Positions 1 through 9,969 of a stretch of 64,000 nucleotides of DNA are shown here, piece by piece. Both the position numbers and the translations under genes were made by a program. The notes below the pieces were generated by a model that saw only the letters and a list, made by a program, of their open reading frames with translations, made no database searches and was not told where the DNA came from. Source of the DNA: an uncultured Pseudomonadales bacterium (GTDB lineage: Bacteria; Patescibacteriota; Microgenomatia; UBA1400; PJMF01); NCBI GenBank assembly GCA_964511345.1, contig CAZEEV010000001.1, forward strand, positions 72,089 to 136,088, written 5' to 3'. Numbering within the stretch: position 1 is the stretch's first letter; the number at the start of each line of letters is the position of its first letter.

Positions 1-546
1 TCTAAACAACGCCTTAATTTATTAAAAGCTGTGTTTTCAGAGGTTGAAGTAGAGCCAGCTAATCTTGATGAGTCAGCCGTGCCTTTTTCTAATCAATATA
101 ATAAAGCAGAGCAAATTGCTTTAGCCAAAGCTCTGAAGGTAGCCAGAAGTCATTCAGATGCCATTGTTGTAGCGGCTGACACTTTTTGTTATTTGCAGGG
201 CAGAATCTTAGAAAAACCTAAGACTCTTACTGAAGCCAGGGAAATGTTACATTTTCAATCAGACCAGGAAATAGAAGTGCTCACTGGTTATGCTTTTTTA
301 GATACTCAATCTAAATTACAGAAGAGCGGATACGAGAGGGTTATGGTGAAAATGCGTCATCTAAGTGACAGTGAAATTGAAAAATATATCACCACCGAAC
401 CAGTACTCACTTGGTCAGCAGCTTTTTCACCAGCTTATGATAGCGGTATGGCCTTAATAGAAAGCATTAATGGTAATCTAACGGCTTTTAGTCATGGTTT
501 ACCGATTAATTTGCTGATGGATTTTTTAGGCGTAAATCAAAAATAA
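1..546 (+). CDS. maf: Maf family nucleoside triphosphate pyrophosphatase, 5'-truncated by window edge
   Basis: Frame is open from base 1 (SKQRLNLLKAV, matching the Maf S-x-x-R-x-x-LL motif); also 'LAKA', 'VAADT', 'LEKP'. Confidence 0.85.
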   Translation, partial: SKQRLNLLKAVFSEVEVEPANLDESAVPFSNQYNKAEQIALAKALKVARSHSDAIVVAADTFCYLQGRILEKPKTLTEAREMLHFQSDQEIEVLTGYAFLDTQSKLQKSGYERVMVKMRHLSDSEIEKYITTEPVLTWSAAFSPAYDSGMALIESINGNLTAFSHGLPINLLMDFLGVNQK

Positions 547-1479
547 AACTAGCAAAAACCAGACAAATACAGTAATTAATAAAGGTTTGTCTTTCAGTAA
601 AATATCTTCTGGCGCTTCACCTTTATTTTCTTCATAGATTAATTGTAAATATCTCATCACTCCAAAAATCACGAATGGTAGAGTGAGCATTAATAGTTTT
701 TGAGACTGTAGGGTTTTAGGTAGAATGAAATACAGTTCTGGAAATTTTTCGTAAAGTAAATTGACACCTTGGCTAGTGTAACTTTGAAAAGTGAAAATGG
801 CGTAGGTTAACCAAGTAGAAGTGGCAAAAACAGCCGTATATTGATCTAATAATCTCTGGCTATATTTTTTTAAACTTAGTCTGGCAAATTCGACGTGATT
901 ATTACTAAGTAAAGTTCGCTCACTTTGTCTTTTACCCACTGCCATAAACAAAGATACGGAAATAACTGTTAATAAAAACCAAACGTTCATATGCAAATTG
1001 ACCACCACTGCGCCAGCATAAACCCTAATGAGAAAACCCAGAGCAATGACGATGATGTCAAAAATGGCATAGTGCTTGAGCTTACTGGAATAGATAGTTT
1101 GTAAAACAAAATAAGCAAAAACTAAGATTTTGAAAAAATCTGGTAATTGTAGTGATAATAAAAACACCAAAGCTAAACCACTTACGGCACTAAAAATAGC
1201 GATGGGAATCGGTAATTTTCCAGAGGCAAGAGGACGATTTTTTTTGAAAGGATGCTTGCGATCGGATTGGATATCAAAAAGGTCATTAACAACATAAATA
1301 CTAGAAGTCAAAATACAAAAAATGACAAAAGCGTAAGTCACGATTAAAAAATAAGGAGCCTGGCCACTTTCTTGATAAAAGAAAAAACCAGAAAAGACTA
1401 AAGCTGCATAAACGGCAAAATTCTTAAGCCATTGTTTAGGGCGAAAAGATTTAATTAAAAGAAAAATTAAATTATCCAT
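526..1479 (-). CDS. UbiA-family decaprenyl-phosphate phosphoribosyltransferase-like membrane protein
   Basis: RPKQWLKN, NDLFDIQSDRKHPFKKNRPLASG and KRQSE motifs; multiple TM helices; likely start MDNLIF at 1479, coupled to the upstream gene. Confidence 0.85.
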   Translation of the reverse strand: MDNLIFLLIKSFRPKQWLKNFAVYAALVFSGFFFYQESGQAPYFLIVTYAFVIFCILTSSIYVVNDLFDIQSDRKHPFKKNRPLASGKLPIPIAIFSAVSGLALVFLLSLQLPDFFKILVFAYFVLQTIYSSKLKHYAIFDIIVIALGFLIRVYAGAVVVNLHMNVWFLLTVISVSLFMAVGKRQSERTLLSNNHVEFARLSLKKYSQRLLDQYTAVFATSTWLTYAIFTFQSYTSQGVNLLYEKFPELYFILPKTLQSQKLLMLTLPFVIFGVMRYLQLIYEENKGEAPEDILLKDKPLLITVFVWFLLVLFLIYA

Positions 1480-2521
1480 TTTGCTTAATTTTACTATATA
1501 CCAAAAAAGCGAAAACAATACAGGAAGTTACTAAAATGGTAATAATTTTACCAACTGTTCCCAGATACAGTGATAGAAATCCAAGTCCAGCACTACTTAG
1601 AATGTAGAAAACTGCTATCCTTCTTCTACCCCATCCATAATAGTCCATTAGTTTATGATGTAGATGACCTCTATCACCCCAAAAAGGAGATTTTCCAGCA
1701 ATAATGCGCCTAATAATGGCAAAGACGCCATCGGCTGTAGGAATAGCTAAAACCATTAAAGTGGTAGCTACTTTAGCTCCAGACAAAATAGCTAAAATAC
1801 TCAGAAAATAGCCAGCTAAAGAACCAGCTCCGTAACCAGGCATAATTTTTTGTGGATAGAAATTCCAAACCAAGAGTCCGGCAAAGGCTCCGGAAACAAT
1901 GAATGCTAAATTAGCGACATTGAATTGAGTCGGGTTATCAGCAAAACGATTGGCTAAAATAGCTATAAAAATACATGATACTGCAACAAATCCTGGTAGT
2001 TGGCCATCAACACCTTTAGCCCAATTAATGATGTTCATATTCCATATGATAAAAAACACCGCAAATAAACTAGATAAAATCCAGATTGTTCGATTCTCCC
2101 CAAATAGATACAAATTCAATTGTGGTTGATCGAGGTGGATCACTCCCGGTCCAAAGGGGTTACTTACATAGGCAATGCCAATACCTGCGCCAACAACGAT
2201 TAGACTAGCTAATAAGCCAGTGAAAAGTCTGATATAAGGATTAAGATCAAAAATATCATCGATGAAGCCAACTAAAGTGAGTAAGGTTGCTCCTAAGAAA
2301 ATCGCCAATAAGTACCTATCGAAATCTAAAATTAAAAGCGCTCCCACTAAGGTAGCCAGAAAAATAACTAAGCCTCCTCCTCTTGGTACTGCTCTAGAAT
2401 GAGTTTTTTTAACATGTTGATTTTTTTGAGGATCATCTAGCCAATGATAGCGACGATAGAAACGAATAATGAAAGGAGTGATAAACAAAGCTAATAAAAA
2501 ACTACTTAAGAAAGACCACAT
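1472..2521 (-). CDS. MraY/WecA-like polyprenyl-phosphate N-acetylhexosamine-1-phosphate transferase (Glycos_transf_4)
   Basis: H-x-x-x-VPRGGG, GFIDD, WNFYPQKIMPG, GDRGHLHHKL motifs. Confidence 0.88.
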   Translation of the reverse strand: MWSFLSSFLLALFITPFIIRFYRRYHWLDDPQKNQHVKKTHSRAVPRGGGLVIFLATLVGALLILDFDRYLLAIFLGATLLTLVGFIDDIFDLNPYIRLFTGLLASLIVVGAGIGIAYVSNPFGPGVIHLDQPQLNLYLFGENRTIWILSSLFAVFFIIWNMNIINWAKGVDGQLPGFVAVSCIFIAILANRFADNPTQFNVANLAFIVSGAFAGLLVWNFYPQKIMPGYGAGSLAGYFLSILAILSGAKVATTLMVLAIPTADGVFAIIRRIIAGKSPFWGDRGHLHHKLMDYYGWGRRRIAVFYILSSAGLGFLSLYLGTVGKIITILVTSCIVFAFLVYSKIKQNG

Positions 2522-2901
2522 TAAGAAACTATTATAATGATTCTCAGTAAAATCGCCAAAAGCAAAACTTGCAATAAAAGAGTCATTTTAATGAACATTC
2601 TTAAAATGTTGTCATTAATTTCTTTTTCAATGTAGACGATGATGAAGTGGGCAAGGTTAATTAGAGTTGCAATAATTGGTAAGATGAAAATAAATTTTTT
2701 GTTAGCCAATTGCTGATCACTAGAGAGAGAATAAAAAAGTGGTATTTCTTTTTGCAGAGAAAAATAAAAAATTACTACAAGCAATATAGAAATAAGATTA
2801 AAAACAATAGCAGCTAAGCCCATAGGACGTAAGCTTTTTGGTAGAAATTTTAGATAACGAATCCCAGTTTTCTTTTTTTCAGTTTTAAAAGTCAATTCCA
2901 T
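2521..2901 (-). CDS. small membrane protein (DUF1648-like)
   Basis: Three hydrophobic segments, 'LQKEIPLFYS' motif; abuts the WecA-like gene. Confidence 0.6.
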   Translation of the reverse strand: MELTFKTEKKKTGIRYLKFLPKSLRPMGLAAIVFNLISILLVVIFYFSLQKEIPLFYSLSSDQQLANKKFIFILPIIATLINLAHFIIVYIEKEINDNILRMFIKMTLLLQVLLLAILLRIIIIVS

Positions 2902-2914
2902 GATTTAACTTTCA

Positions 2915-4501
2915 TTATCGCTTCAGATAAAGAATCATATGCTGAAAATCATTATTGGCAAGATAATAATTTTCCAGATACTCTTCTAGTTTTGGAAAGC
3001 GTTCTTGCTCATTTTTCATTATGATAATTAATTTAGGATTTTCTTTTTCAATCTGCGCAAAAGTGCGATCTTGATCATCAAAGTCTTTAATGTGGAAAGA
3101 AACCGTGAAACGAGAAGTGGGAATAGCCTGACTTTGAGCATAAAGTAGAGGATTAGTGCCCCAAATAAACATTTTTTTGATACCCATATCTTTGATTAGC
3201 TTACTTACCTGACGATTTTCTTCAACTAAAGAGTCAAAAGAGTTTTCATATTCTTCTTTACTAATTTGCAGAGTCGCATATTTATAGAATTGCTTGTAAT
3301 ATTTGGCACTCGAATATGGTCTGAAATTTAAACTCAACATCACATAGGCGGTCAATAACAATAAGCCACCGCTGATAATTAGTGCTTTAGCGGTATGTAA
3401 GATCTTTTTTTTCTTGATTTCTTTAAGAGTAATAAATAAATCAACTAGTAATAAAGCCAATGGAGGGACCATCTGAATGAAGTAATGTGGATATGGTCGG
3501 CTAGATAATAAGACAGAATAAAGAGTAAAGACAAAGTATAGACTGATAAATTGAAATCTTTTCTTTAACTTGTCGTTATTTAAAGAAACAAGAATAAAAA
3601 TAGCAAATAAAATAATAGTCTTGCCAGTCATGCTAAAAGCAAAATTAATCAGGCTGTTTCCAAAATCTAGTGGCCAAGATTGGCTATAACGCAGATTATA
3701 GAGCAAGCCATAGTCAAGATAGTCTTGACCTTGTCCTTTGGCGACGAAATAAATTACAGAAAATATTATTGGCAATAATAATCCAGCTCCGAAGAAAAGT
3801 CCTCTATTGAGCAGATAAAAGAAAGTTGTCCTAAATTGTTTTAGATTACTTTTTACGTCAAAGAAAGTGGTTACTAAAATTAGCCAAAAAATAGACAAAA
3901 ATCCAGCCACATCAAGTAAAGCTGGTACTTTAGTTAGAATACCGAGGCCCATTATAAAACCCGCTACCAGTAAGAGCGCCCCGTCTCCCAAGGTTTTATT
4001 AATGGTTATTTCTTTTTTGAAAAAATTAACAAAAATAGAGCTTTTACTAAACAAGATGGCTCCAAGCATAACAAAGCCCATAACAAACAATTCTCCATTG
4101 GGAATATTGCCTTCAAGCCATGGGAGAGTAGTTAAAATAACTAAAATTAAACTTGCTAAAAAAGCCCAGCGTTCTTTTTTAAATAATTTTTTGGCAAAGA
4201 TAAAGAAAAAAGAAGTGGTGAACAACATCCAAACTAGATTAAGGATACGAAAATAAAATTGATTTGGCACCATGGCCAAGTAATAGATCAGTGGGGTTTT
4301 GTGATCAATAATAGTAGTGTAAAGTTGCTCGCCATTTCTCAATGCATTTCCCAAAGTGAGATAAATAGCTTCATCTCCGTACCAGTAAGGTTCAAAAAAA
4401 TTAGGTAAACGCAAAAAAATAATTAACACCAAGAGTATCAGGAGTGGGGTTTGACGATCTAAAAAACGATCAACTTTTTTAAAAAGAGAAATTAGTTTCA
4501 T
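2915..4501 (-). CDS. GT-C fold (ArnT/PMT-like) glycosyltransferase
   Basis: YGDEAIY, LY...DHKTPLIYYL, YPHYFIQ; many TM helices; start at 4501 is 8 nt after TAAAAT. Confidence 0.8.
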   Translation of the reverse strand: MKLISLFKKVDRFLDRQTPLLILLVLIIFLRLPNFFEPYWYGDEAIYLTLGNALRNGEQLYTTIIDHKTPLIYYLAMVPNQFYFRILNLVWMLFTTSFFFIFAKKLFKKERWAFLASLILVILTTLPWLEGNIPNGELFVMGFVMLGAILFSKSSIFVNFFKKEITINKTLGDGALLLVAGFIMGLGILTKVPALLDVAGFLSIFWLILVTTFFDVKSNLKQFRTTFFYLLNRGLFFGAGLLLPIIFSVIYFVAKGQGQDYLDYGLLYNLRYSQSWPLDFGNSLINFAFSMTGKTIILFAIFILVSLNNDKLKKRFQFISLYFVFTLYSVLLSSRPYPHYFIQMVPPLALLLVDLFITLKEIKKKKILHTAKALIISGGLLLLTAYVMLSLNFRPYSSAKYYKQFYKYATLQISKEEYENSFDSLVEENRQVSKLIKDMGIKKMFIWGTNPLLYAQSQAIPTSRFTVSFHIKDFDDQDRTFAQIEKENPKLIIIMKNEQERFPKLEEYLENYYLANNDFQHMILYLKR

Positions 4502-4549
4502 ACGCAATCATTTTATCTTGTTTTTTCCAATAAAAGCAAGCGAACAAGT

Positions 4550-6046
4550 CTAAACTTTTTCTGTGACTTTATATTCCATGTATTTGCCGAGCATGAGTCT
4601 AGTGTGAGCATCTATGCCTGGCAGAGCGGAAAAAAAGAAACCAATGATGGGAATCAGAATAAATTCAAGGGGTTGGATAACATAGGAGAGAATATTTCTT
4701 CCATTTTCTCTTTTGGGTCGATTATTGCTATCAATTAAGAAAATCGTAATCATGGAAATTAAGGACAAAGTCAATAAAGTAGAAGTAACTTGTGGCAAGG
4801 TTTTGCCAATAATCGTGCGAGTGAATTGATCGTTAAGTAGTGGTGGGAGCATAGCTGAGATGGTGACAGCGAACCAGTTTACAGGCCACAGGAAATGATC
4901 TTCAATAACTTTCAAGACACGGATAGTTTTGTCCCAAAAAGGAATTCCTTCAGTTAATACATATTGTCTGATTACATAAGCATCATCACTAACACCCCAA
5001 GCCCAACGTTTAATTTGTTCATATTGGTTGTGCATTGTTCTCCAAAAGCCATTGGATTGCACAGCATCAGCATAAATGGGCAAAAAAATTGGCTCAACCT
5101 CAAAATCACCTTTTTTAGCAAAATAAGATTTGAAAAATAAACGATAGTCTTCAGGAATTACGTCAGTGTCCCAGTAGCCAATGTCTTCAACATGTTTAAG
5201 GGTGGTGGAATAAGTGGAAAAATTAATCAAACGATCGCGACGAGACAAAATATAAATTTGAGTGACTGATTGAATGGCCGCTAAAACACGAATGGGAGCG
5301 GGTACTTTCCAGATATTGTTATAAAAACTAATCCCTCCTTGCCAACTACGATTATAAGGCTTGTCACTAGTTAAAAATAAATAAGTAAGATGAGAAAAAT
5401 AGTGAGGGTGAAAAATAGCATCAGCATCTTCACTGGTAATAGTAATGTTTTCGATAGGTATACCTGCTTGATCAACTAATAATTTCTTAGCAGCCTTGGC
5501 ACCATAACAAGTGTTGGAGGATTTGCCTTTAATTTCTCCAACAATGTCCGGATGTTTGCTAACCCACAAATGACCGAACTGTTTACCAAACTTTTTTTGC
5601 AAGGCAGCGGCTTTATCATCAACAATTTTGCCTTCTCTCTCTTCAAAAGAAAGCATGACATGGATATTTTTATTTGGAAAAGTTTGTTTGGTTAAGCCGG
5701 TCAGAGTTCTTTCCAAAGTAGAAATTGGTTCTTGGTAAGTGGGAATGACGATGATGTGGTGAATTTCATGATATTTTTTTGGAAAAAGTTTTTTTAATGT
5801 TGGCAAATAATCATATTTACTAAAGGCTTTAATTTTAAAGTGAGAAATAGTTGCAAAAAAAGTTAAAGCGAGGGAGCGATACAACCAATAAACAGCAAAA
5901 ATAATGACGTAATATGCAACCATTTGTGGAATTAACAAAGACCCCCAAATCGGAAAAAGAATGAAGAACCAAGAAAACAATCCAGGCAAAATTTCTAAGG
6001 CTCGTTTAGTGCGGATTGGATGGCGGCGAAAATATCTTTTGACCAT
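4550..6046 (-). CDS. membrane-bound processive-type GT2 glycosyltransferase
   Basis: IPTYQE, GKSSN, DAD, IPED, QIKRW (QxxRW) motifs. Confidence 0.85.
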   Translation of the reverse strand: MVKRYFRRHPIRTKRALEILPGLFSWFFILFPIWGSLLIPQMVAYYVIIFAVYWLYRSLALTFFATISHFKIKAFSKYDYLPTLKKLFPKKYHEIHHIIVIPTYQEPISTLERTLTGLTKQTFPNKNIHVMLSFEEREGKIVDDKAAALQKKFGKQFGHLWVSKHPDIVGEIKGKSSNTCYGAKAAKKLLVDQAGIPIENITITSEDADAIFHPHYFSHLTYLFLTSDKPYNRSWQGGISFYNNIWKVPAPIRVLAAIQSVTQIYILSRRDRLINFSTYSTTLKHVEDIGYWDTDVIPEDYRLFFKSYFAKKGDFEVEPIFLPIYADAVQSNGFWRTMHNQYEQIKRWAWGVSDDAYVIRQYVLTEGIPFWDKTIRVLKVIEDHFLWPVNWFAVTISAMLPPLLNDQFTRTIIGKTLPQVTSTLLTLSLISMITIFLIDSNNRPKRENGRNILSYVIQPLEFILIPIIGFFFSALPGIDAHTRLMLGKYMEYKVTEKV

Positions 6047-6074
6047 TTTATGTTGTTATTATACCTGATTTCAC

Positions 6075-6938
6075 CTAATTGATATTAAAAGCCCTTAGTG
6101 AGTTTTGATAAATCTCTTCTAGATTAGCATTGAAATTATTTTTCAGATAGGCAGCCGTTTCGGCAATCATATAAGGTTCACAAATTTGTCCCCGATATGG
6201 TTCAGGAGCAAGATAAGGTGAATCTGTTTCCAAGAGAATTTTTTTAGGATCAGCTGTTTGTATCAAAGAGAAAATATCTCTAATATAATCTGCTTTTTTG
6301 AAAGTGATATTCCCATCGAAACCAAAATAGCTATTTTTCATAGTTAGAGCTTCTTTAATATAATCCAATGGTCCAGAAACGCAGTGAAAAATCAGAGAAT
6401 TTTTGAATTGCCAAAATTGTTCAATGAGTTTTAGAGTTTCAAAATAAGCTGCTTCTCCCTGATCTCTAACGTGCAGTACTAAGGGTAGATTTAATTGATT
6501 AGCAAGTTCAATTTGTGCGATAAAGAGTTTTTGTTGTTTTTCTTTGATTTGTTTTATCTCAATGTTGTTTTTAGTTGTTAAATAAAAATGATCCAAACCT
6601 GTCTCACCAATGGCAACAACTTTGTTATTTTGTGCTAGTTCTTTTAATTCGATGACGGCTTGCTCGATTCCATTAACATTATTGATTTCTTCTGGATGAA
6701 TGCCAATCACTGCATAAAGATTTTCATCTTGCTTAGCAATTTCAATAGCTTTTTGACTATGCGCTAAACTTGGTCCCACAATAATACTTTTTTTAATGCC
6801 TGTTTCTTGAGCTTTTTGCCAATGATCCTGCCAGTTTTGAGTGAGAATTGGATCTTGGTTATGGATTTTAAAGTGAGAAACTTGACCGCTATAAAGTGGT
6901 TCTAAATTATAATGGCAATGAGTATCAATAATTGGCAT
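6075..6938 (-). CDS. tatD: TatD family hydrolase/DNase
   Basis: IDTHCH, GIHP, AIGETGLD, LHVRD, LLETDSPYLAP; adjacent to metG. Confidence 0.92.
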   Translation of the reverse strand: MPIIDTHCHYNLEPLYSGQVSHFKIHNQDPILTQNWQDHWQKAQETGIKKSIIVGPSLAHSQKAIEIAKQDENLYAVIGIHPEEINNVNGIEQAVIELKELAQNNKVVAIGETGLDHFYLTTKNNIEIKQIKEKQQKLFIAQIELANQLNLPLVLHVRDQGEAAYFETLKLIEQFWQFKNSLIFHCVSGPLDYIKEALTMKNSYFGFDGNITFKKADYIRDIFSLIQTADPKKILLETDSPYLAPEPYRGQICEPYMIAETAAYLKNNFNANLEEIYQNSLRAFNIN

Positions 6939-8360
6939 TTAAGTTAATCTCGGGAAAAGACCTTCAGTAAAAGCCTTAATGGAACCGCTGAAATGATTTT
7001 TGATTTGTTGAGCGGTCTCTGGCATAAATGGAGTTAGTGCATAGGCAATGTCTCTAATTTTCTGACTAGCTGCTTGTAAAACTAATGCTTTTTCTTGTTC
7101 TGGTAATTTCCATGGAGTTTGAGTTGCTAAAAATTTATCTAAAGAATTAACTAGACTATCAATATATTTCAGAGCTTCGCTAAGATCGTAATTATTCATT
7201 AATTTAGTAAAGTTTTCGTCGATTAAATTTTCTTCTTCAATCATTGTTAGTCCGATTTGTTCTGCCATTTTTGCCACTCTTGAACAAAGATTGCCAATTC
7301 CATTAGCCAAATTAGCGTTATAAAGAATATTTAATTTTTCAAAAGTCACGTCACTATCTTCGCTAAAAGTGCCTAAACTAACTAGTAAATAGCGGGTTGC
7401 ATCTAAACCATAGCGATCAACCATGTCGTTTGGACTAATGACATTTCCAAGAGATTTGCTCATTTTTTGGCCATCAACGCCAATAAAACCGTTGATTAAG
7501 ATTTGTTGAGAATTTGGCAATTGAGCTGATAAGAGCATAGCTTGCCACATAGCTGCTTGTTGGCGCAAATTGTCCTTACCAGCGAGTTGGATACCAGGCC
7601 AAAAATTATTAAATTGTTCTTGATTTTGAGGCCAGTCTAAAGTGGAAATGTAGTTGACTAAGGCATCAAACCAAACATACATCACATGATCCTCATCTCC
7701 AGGAACAGGAATTCCCCAAGGCATATTTTTTTTAAGTCGAGAAATACTAAAGTCTTCCAAACCTGCTTTGACAAAAGCCTTAATTTCATTGAAACGAGTG
7801 GCAGGTTTAACAAAATCAGGACTATTTTCGTAAAGTGCTAATAATTTTTCACCATATTTACTAAAACGGAAAAAATAGTTTTCTTCCTCTCTTAATTCTA
7901 GTTCTTGATTTGGATGAAGTGGACAGCGACCATCAATTAGTTCACTTTCGGTCTTAGCTAACTCACAACCCACGCAATACTTGACCTTGTATTTGGCTTT
8001 ATAAATATCACCACTTTGCTCGCAAAGACGCCAAAATTCTTGAGCAGCTGTAATGTGTTTTTGATCGGTGGTGCGGATAAAATTGGTAAAACTTAAATTC
8101 AATAGTTCTTTTAATTGTAAAAATTTGGCAGCCCATTGATCACAGTATTCTTGAGGTGTAGTATTGAGTTCTTGAGCCTTTTGGTAAATTTTTTGTCCAT
8201 GTTCGTCAGTGCCGGTATTAAAAACAACTTCTTTTTTTAAAATCTCTTTTTGATAACGAGCGATAATGTCTGCTTCAATAATTTCTAAAGCAAAGCCAAT
8301 ATGGGGAGCAGCATTGACGTAAGGTAAAGTAGTAGTGACGTAGAATTTGTTGTCTTGCAT
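6939..8360 (-). CDS. metG: methionine--tRNA ligase (short form)
   Basis: YVN..PHIGF, TGTDEHGQK, YVWFDAL, KMSKSLGN. Confidence 0.97.
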   Translation of the reverse strand: MQDNKFYVTTTLPYVNAAPHIGFALEIIEADIIARYQKEILKKEVVFNTGTDEHGQKIYQKAQELNTTPQEYCDQWAAKFLQLKELLNLSFTNFIRTTDQKHITAAQEFWRLCEQSGDIYKAKYKVKYCVGCELAKTESELIDGRCPLHPNQELELREEENYFFRFSKYGEKLLALYENSPDFVKPATRFNEIKAFVKAGLEDFSISRLKKNMPWGIPVPGDEDHVMYVWFDALVNYISTLDWPQNQEQFNNFWPGIQLAGKDNLRQQAAMWQAMLLSAQLPNSQQILINGFIGVDGQKMSKSLGNVISPNDMVDRYGLDATRYLLVSLGTFSEDSDVTFEKLNILYNANLANGIGNLCSRVAKMAEQIGLTMIEEENLIDENFTKLMNNYDLSEALKYIDSLVNSLDKFLATQTPWKLPEQEKALVLQAASQKIRDIAYALTPFMPETAQQIKNHFSGSIKAFTEGLFPRLT

Positions 8361-8402
8361 TGCTGTTTATTATAGAAAACTCAAGGCAGAAAAGCCAGAG
8401 TG

Positions 8403-8807
8403 CTATTTTTTAATTAATTTTTTTAGTTCTCTGAAAAAAGTTAAACAAACTAATGTGGCAGTGGCAATGATGACTGTTAAAACACTTGCAGAGTCAAAAC
8501 TAATTTCGTTTATCTTAAAATAAAGTAATAAATTGATGAAAAAAGCAATAACTACACCAATTTTTTTATTCAAAAAGAGAAAAGTGAAAAAAAAGAAATT
8601 GGCTAAAAATAAAATTAAGAAAAATGGCAAATAGCTATTTTTAAAAATGAAATTTTGAATTTGATTGGGATAAATTTTACTTATTAATAAATAAAGTAAA
8701 AAGTAACCCACTAAAGAAATTAATAAACAGTAGATGTAACTTAAATATTTCTTGAAGAAAGGTGCTTTTTTGGGTTTTAATCTAGATCTGGCTTGGTTCT
8801 GGTCCAT
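8403..8807 (-). CDS. hypothetical membrane protein
   Basis: About four hydrophobic segments; -10 TATACT 6 nt before ATG. Confidence 0.65.
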   Translation of the reverse strand: MDQNQARSRLKPKKAPFFKKYLSYIYCLLISLVGYFLLYLLISKIYPNQIQNFIFKNSYLPFFLILFLANFFFFTFLFLNKKIGVVIAFFINLLLYFKINEISFDSASVLTVIIATATLVCLTFFRELKKLIKK

Positions 8808-8812
8808 GTTTC

Positions 8813-8822
8813 TAGTATACTA
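8813..8822. promoter_or_regulatory. palindromic bidirectional -10 element TAGTATACTA
   Basis: Reads TATACT on both strands, 8 nt before rmuC ATG (8830) and 6 nt before the divergent ATG (8807). Confidence 0.65.
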
Positions 8823-8829
8823 ATTTTAT

Positions 8830-9969
8830 ATGAATGCGACTACTCTTTTACTTTTAGCTTTATTTTTAATTGCTGTTTTAGCCAGTTTTTATTTTTTGCT
8901 TAAAAAACTTTTAGAAGAAAAAATGGGCAAAAACTCCGATGAACAAATTGAAGGCATGATTCATAAAGTTTTTGGTATGGCTTCCAATGAGATTGCCATT
9001 CAAAGTAAAGGCATCTTGCAAGGTGAAAAAGATTTAATTAAAAACGATCTTTCTAATAAACAGGCTGCTATTGAAAAAATGATTAAGGATCTTCGTCAAG
9101 AAATGGGTGATCAACAAAAAGAAATTCGCTCCATTGAAAAAGAACAAATTGATAAAATTAGCAGTGTCAAAACTGCAGTTGAAGAGCATCGCCAATTAAC
9201 TAAAGAATTAAAGATTTCCACAGAACAATTGGCTAAAGTGTTATCTAATAATCAGACTCGCGGAGCATGGGGAGAACGTATTATTGAAGATTTGTTACAG
9301 GCTAATGGTTTACAAGAAGGGATTCATTATTTACGCCAATCTAAATTAGGCGATTCAAGCATGAAGCCAGATATTACTTTGCTTCTCCCTGATCACCGTA
9401 ATGTGCCTGTTGATGTCAAATTTCCTTACCAAGAAGTACAAAAAATGTCGATGACTGATGATCAAAGTGAAAAACAAAGCCACATTCAGCAATTTAAGAG
9501 AGATTTAAAAATCAAAGTCGATAAAGTTGCAGCTTATATTTCTCCAGAAAACGATACTTTGGATTATGCGATTATGTTTGTGCCAAATGAGGCTTTGTTT
9601 TCTTTTATCAATCAGAAATTTCCGGACATCATCGATGAAGCTTTGGCCAAAAAAGTGATTATTTGTTCGCCTTTTAGTTTCTTGATTGTGGCGCGTACCG
9701 TAATGGAGAGTTATCGTAATTTCATGGTGGGTAAAAAAATTAAAGAAGTCATTAAGCACATTGATGCTTTTGCGACCGAATGGCTTAAATTTGATGACGA
9801 GTTTGGTAAGTTTGGTAGAAGTATTGAAGCCTTGCAGAAGAACTACGAAACGCTATCTACGACTAGAAAAAGACAGATGGAAAAGAAAATTGCTAAGATT
9901 GAACAATATCGCGGTAGCTCCGCAGAGTTATTAGAAGAAGGTGAGAAACCAAAGCTCTTAGCTTCCTAA
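8830..9969 (+). CDS. rmuC: DNA recombination protein RmuC
   Basis: N-terminal TM, coiled coil, RGAWGE, PD...VDVKFP, YISP..TLDYAIMFVPNE. Confidence 0.92.
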   Translation: MNATTLLLLALFLIAVLASFYFLLKKLLEEKMGKNSDEQIEGMIHKVFGMASNEIAIQSKGILQGEKDLIKNDLSNKQAAIEKMIKDLRQEMGDQQKEIRSIEKEQIDKISSVKTAVEEHRQLTKELKISTEQLAKVLSNNQTRGAWGERIIEDLLQANGLQEGIHYLRQSKLGDSSMKPDITLLLPDHRNVPVDVKFPYQEVQKMSMTDDQSEKQSHIQQFKRDLKIKVDKVAAYISPENDTLDYAIMFVPNEALFSFINQKFPDIIDEALAKKVIICSPFSFLIVARTVMESYRNFMVGKKIKEVIKHIDAFATEWLKFDDEFGKFGRSIEALQKNYETLSTTRKRQMEKKIAKIEQYRGSSAELLEEGEKPKLLAS

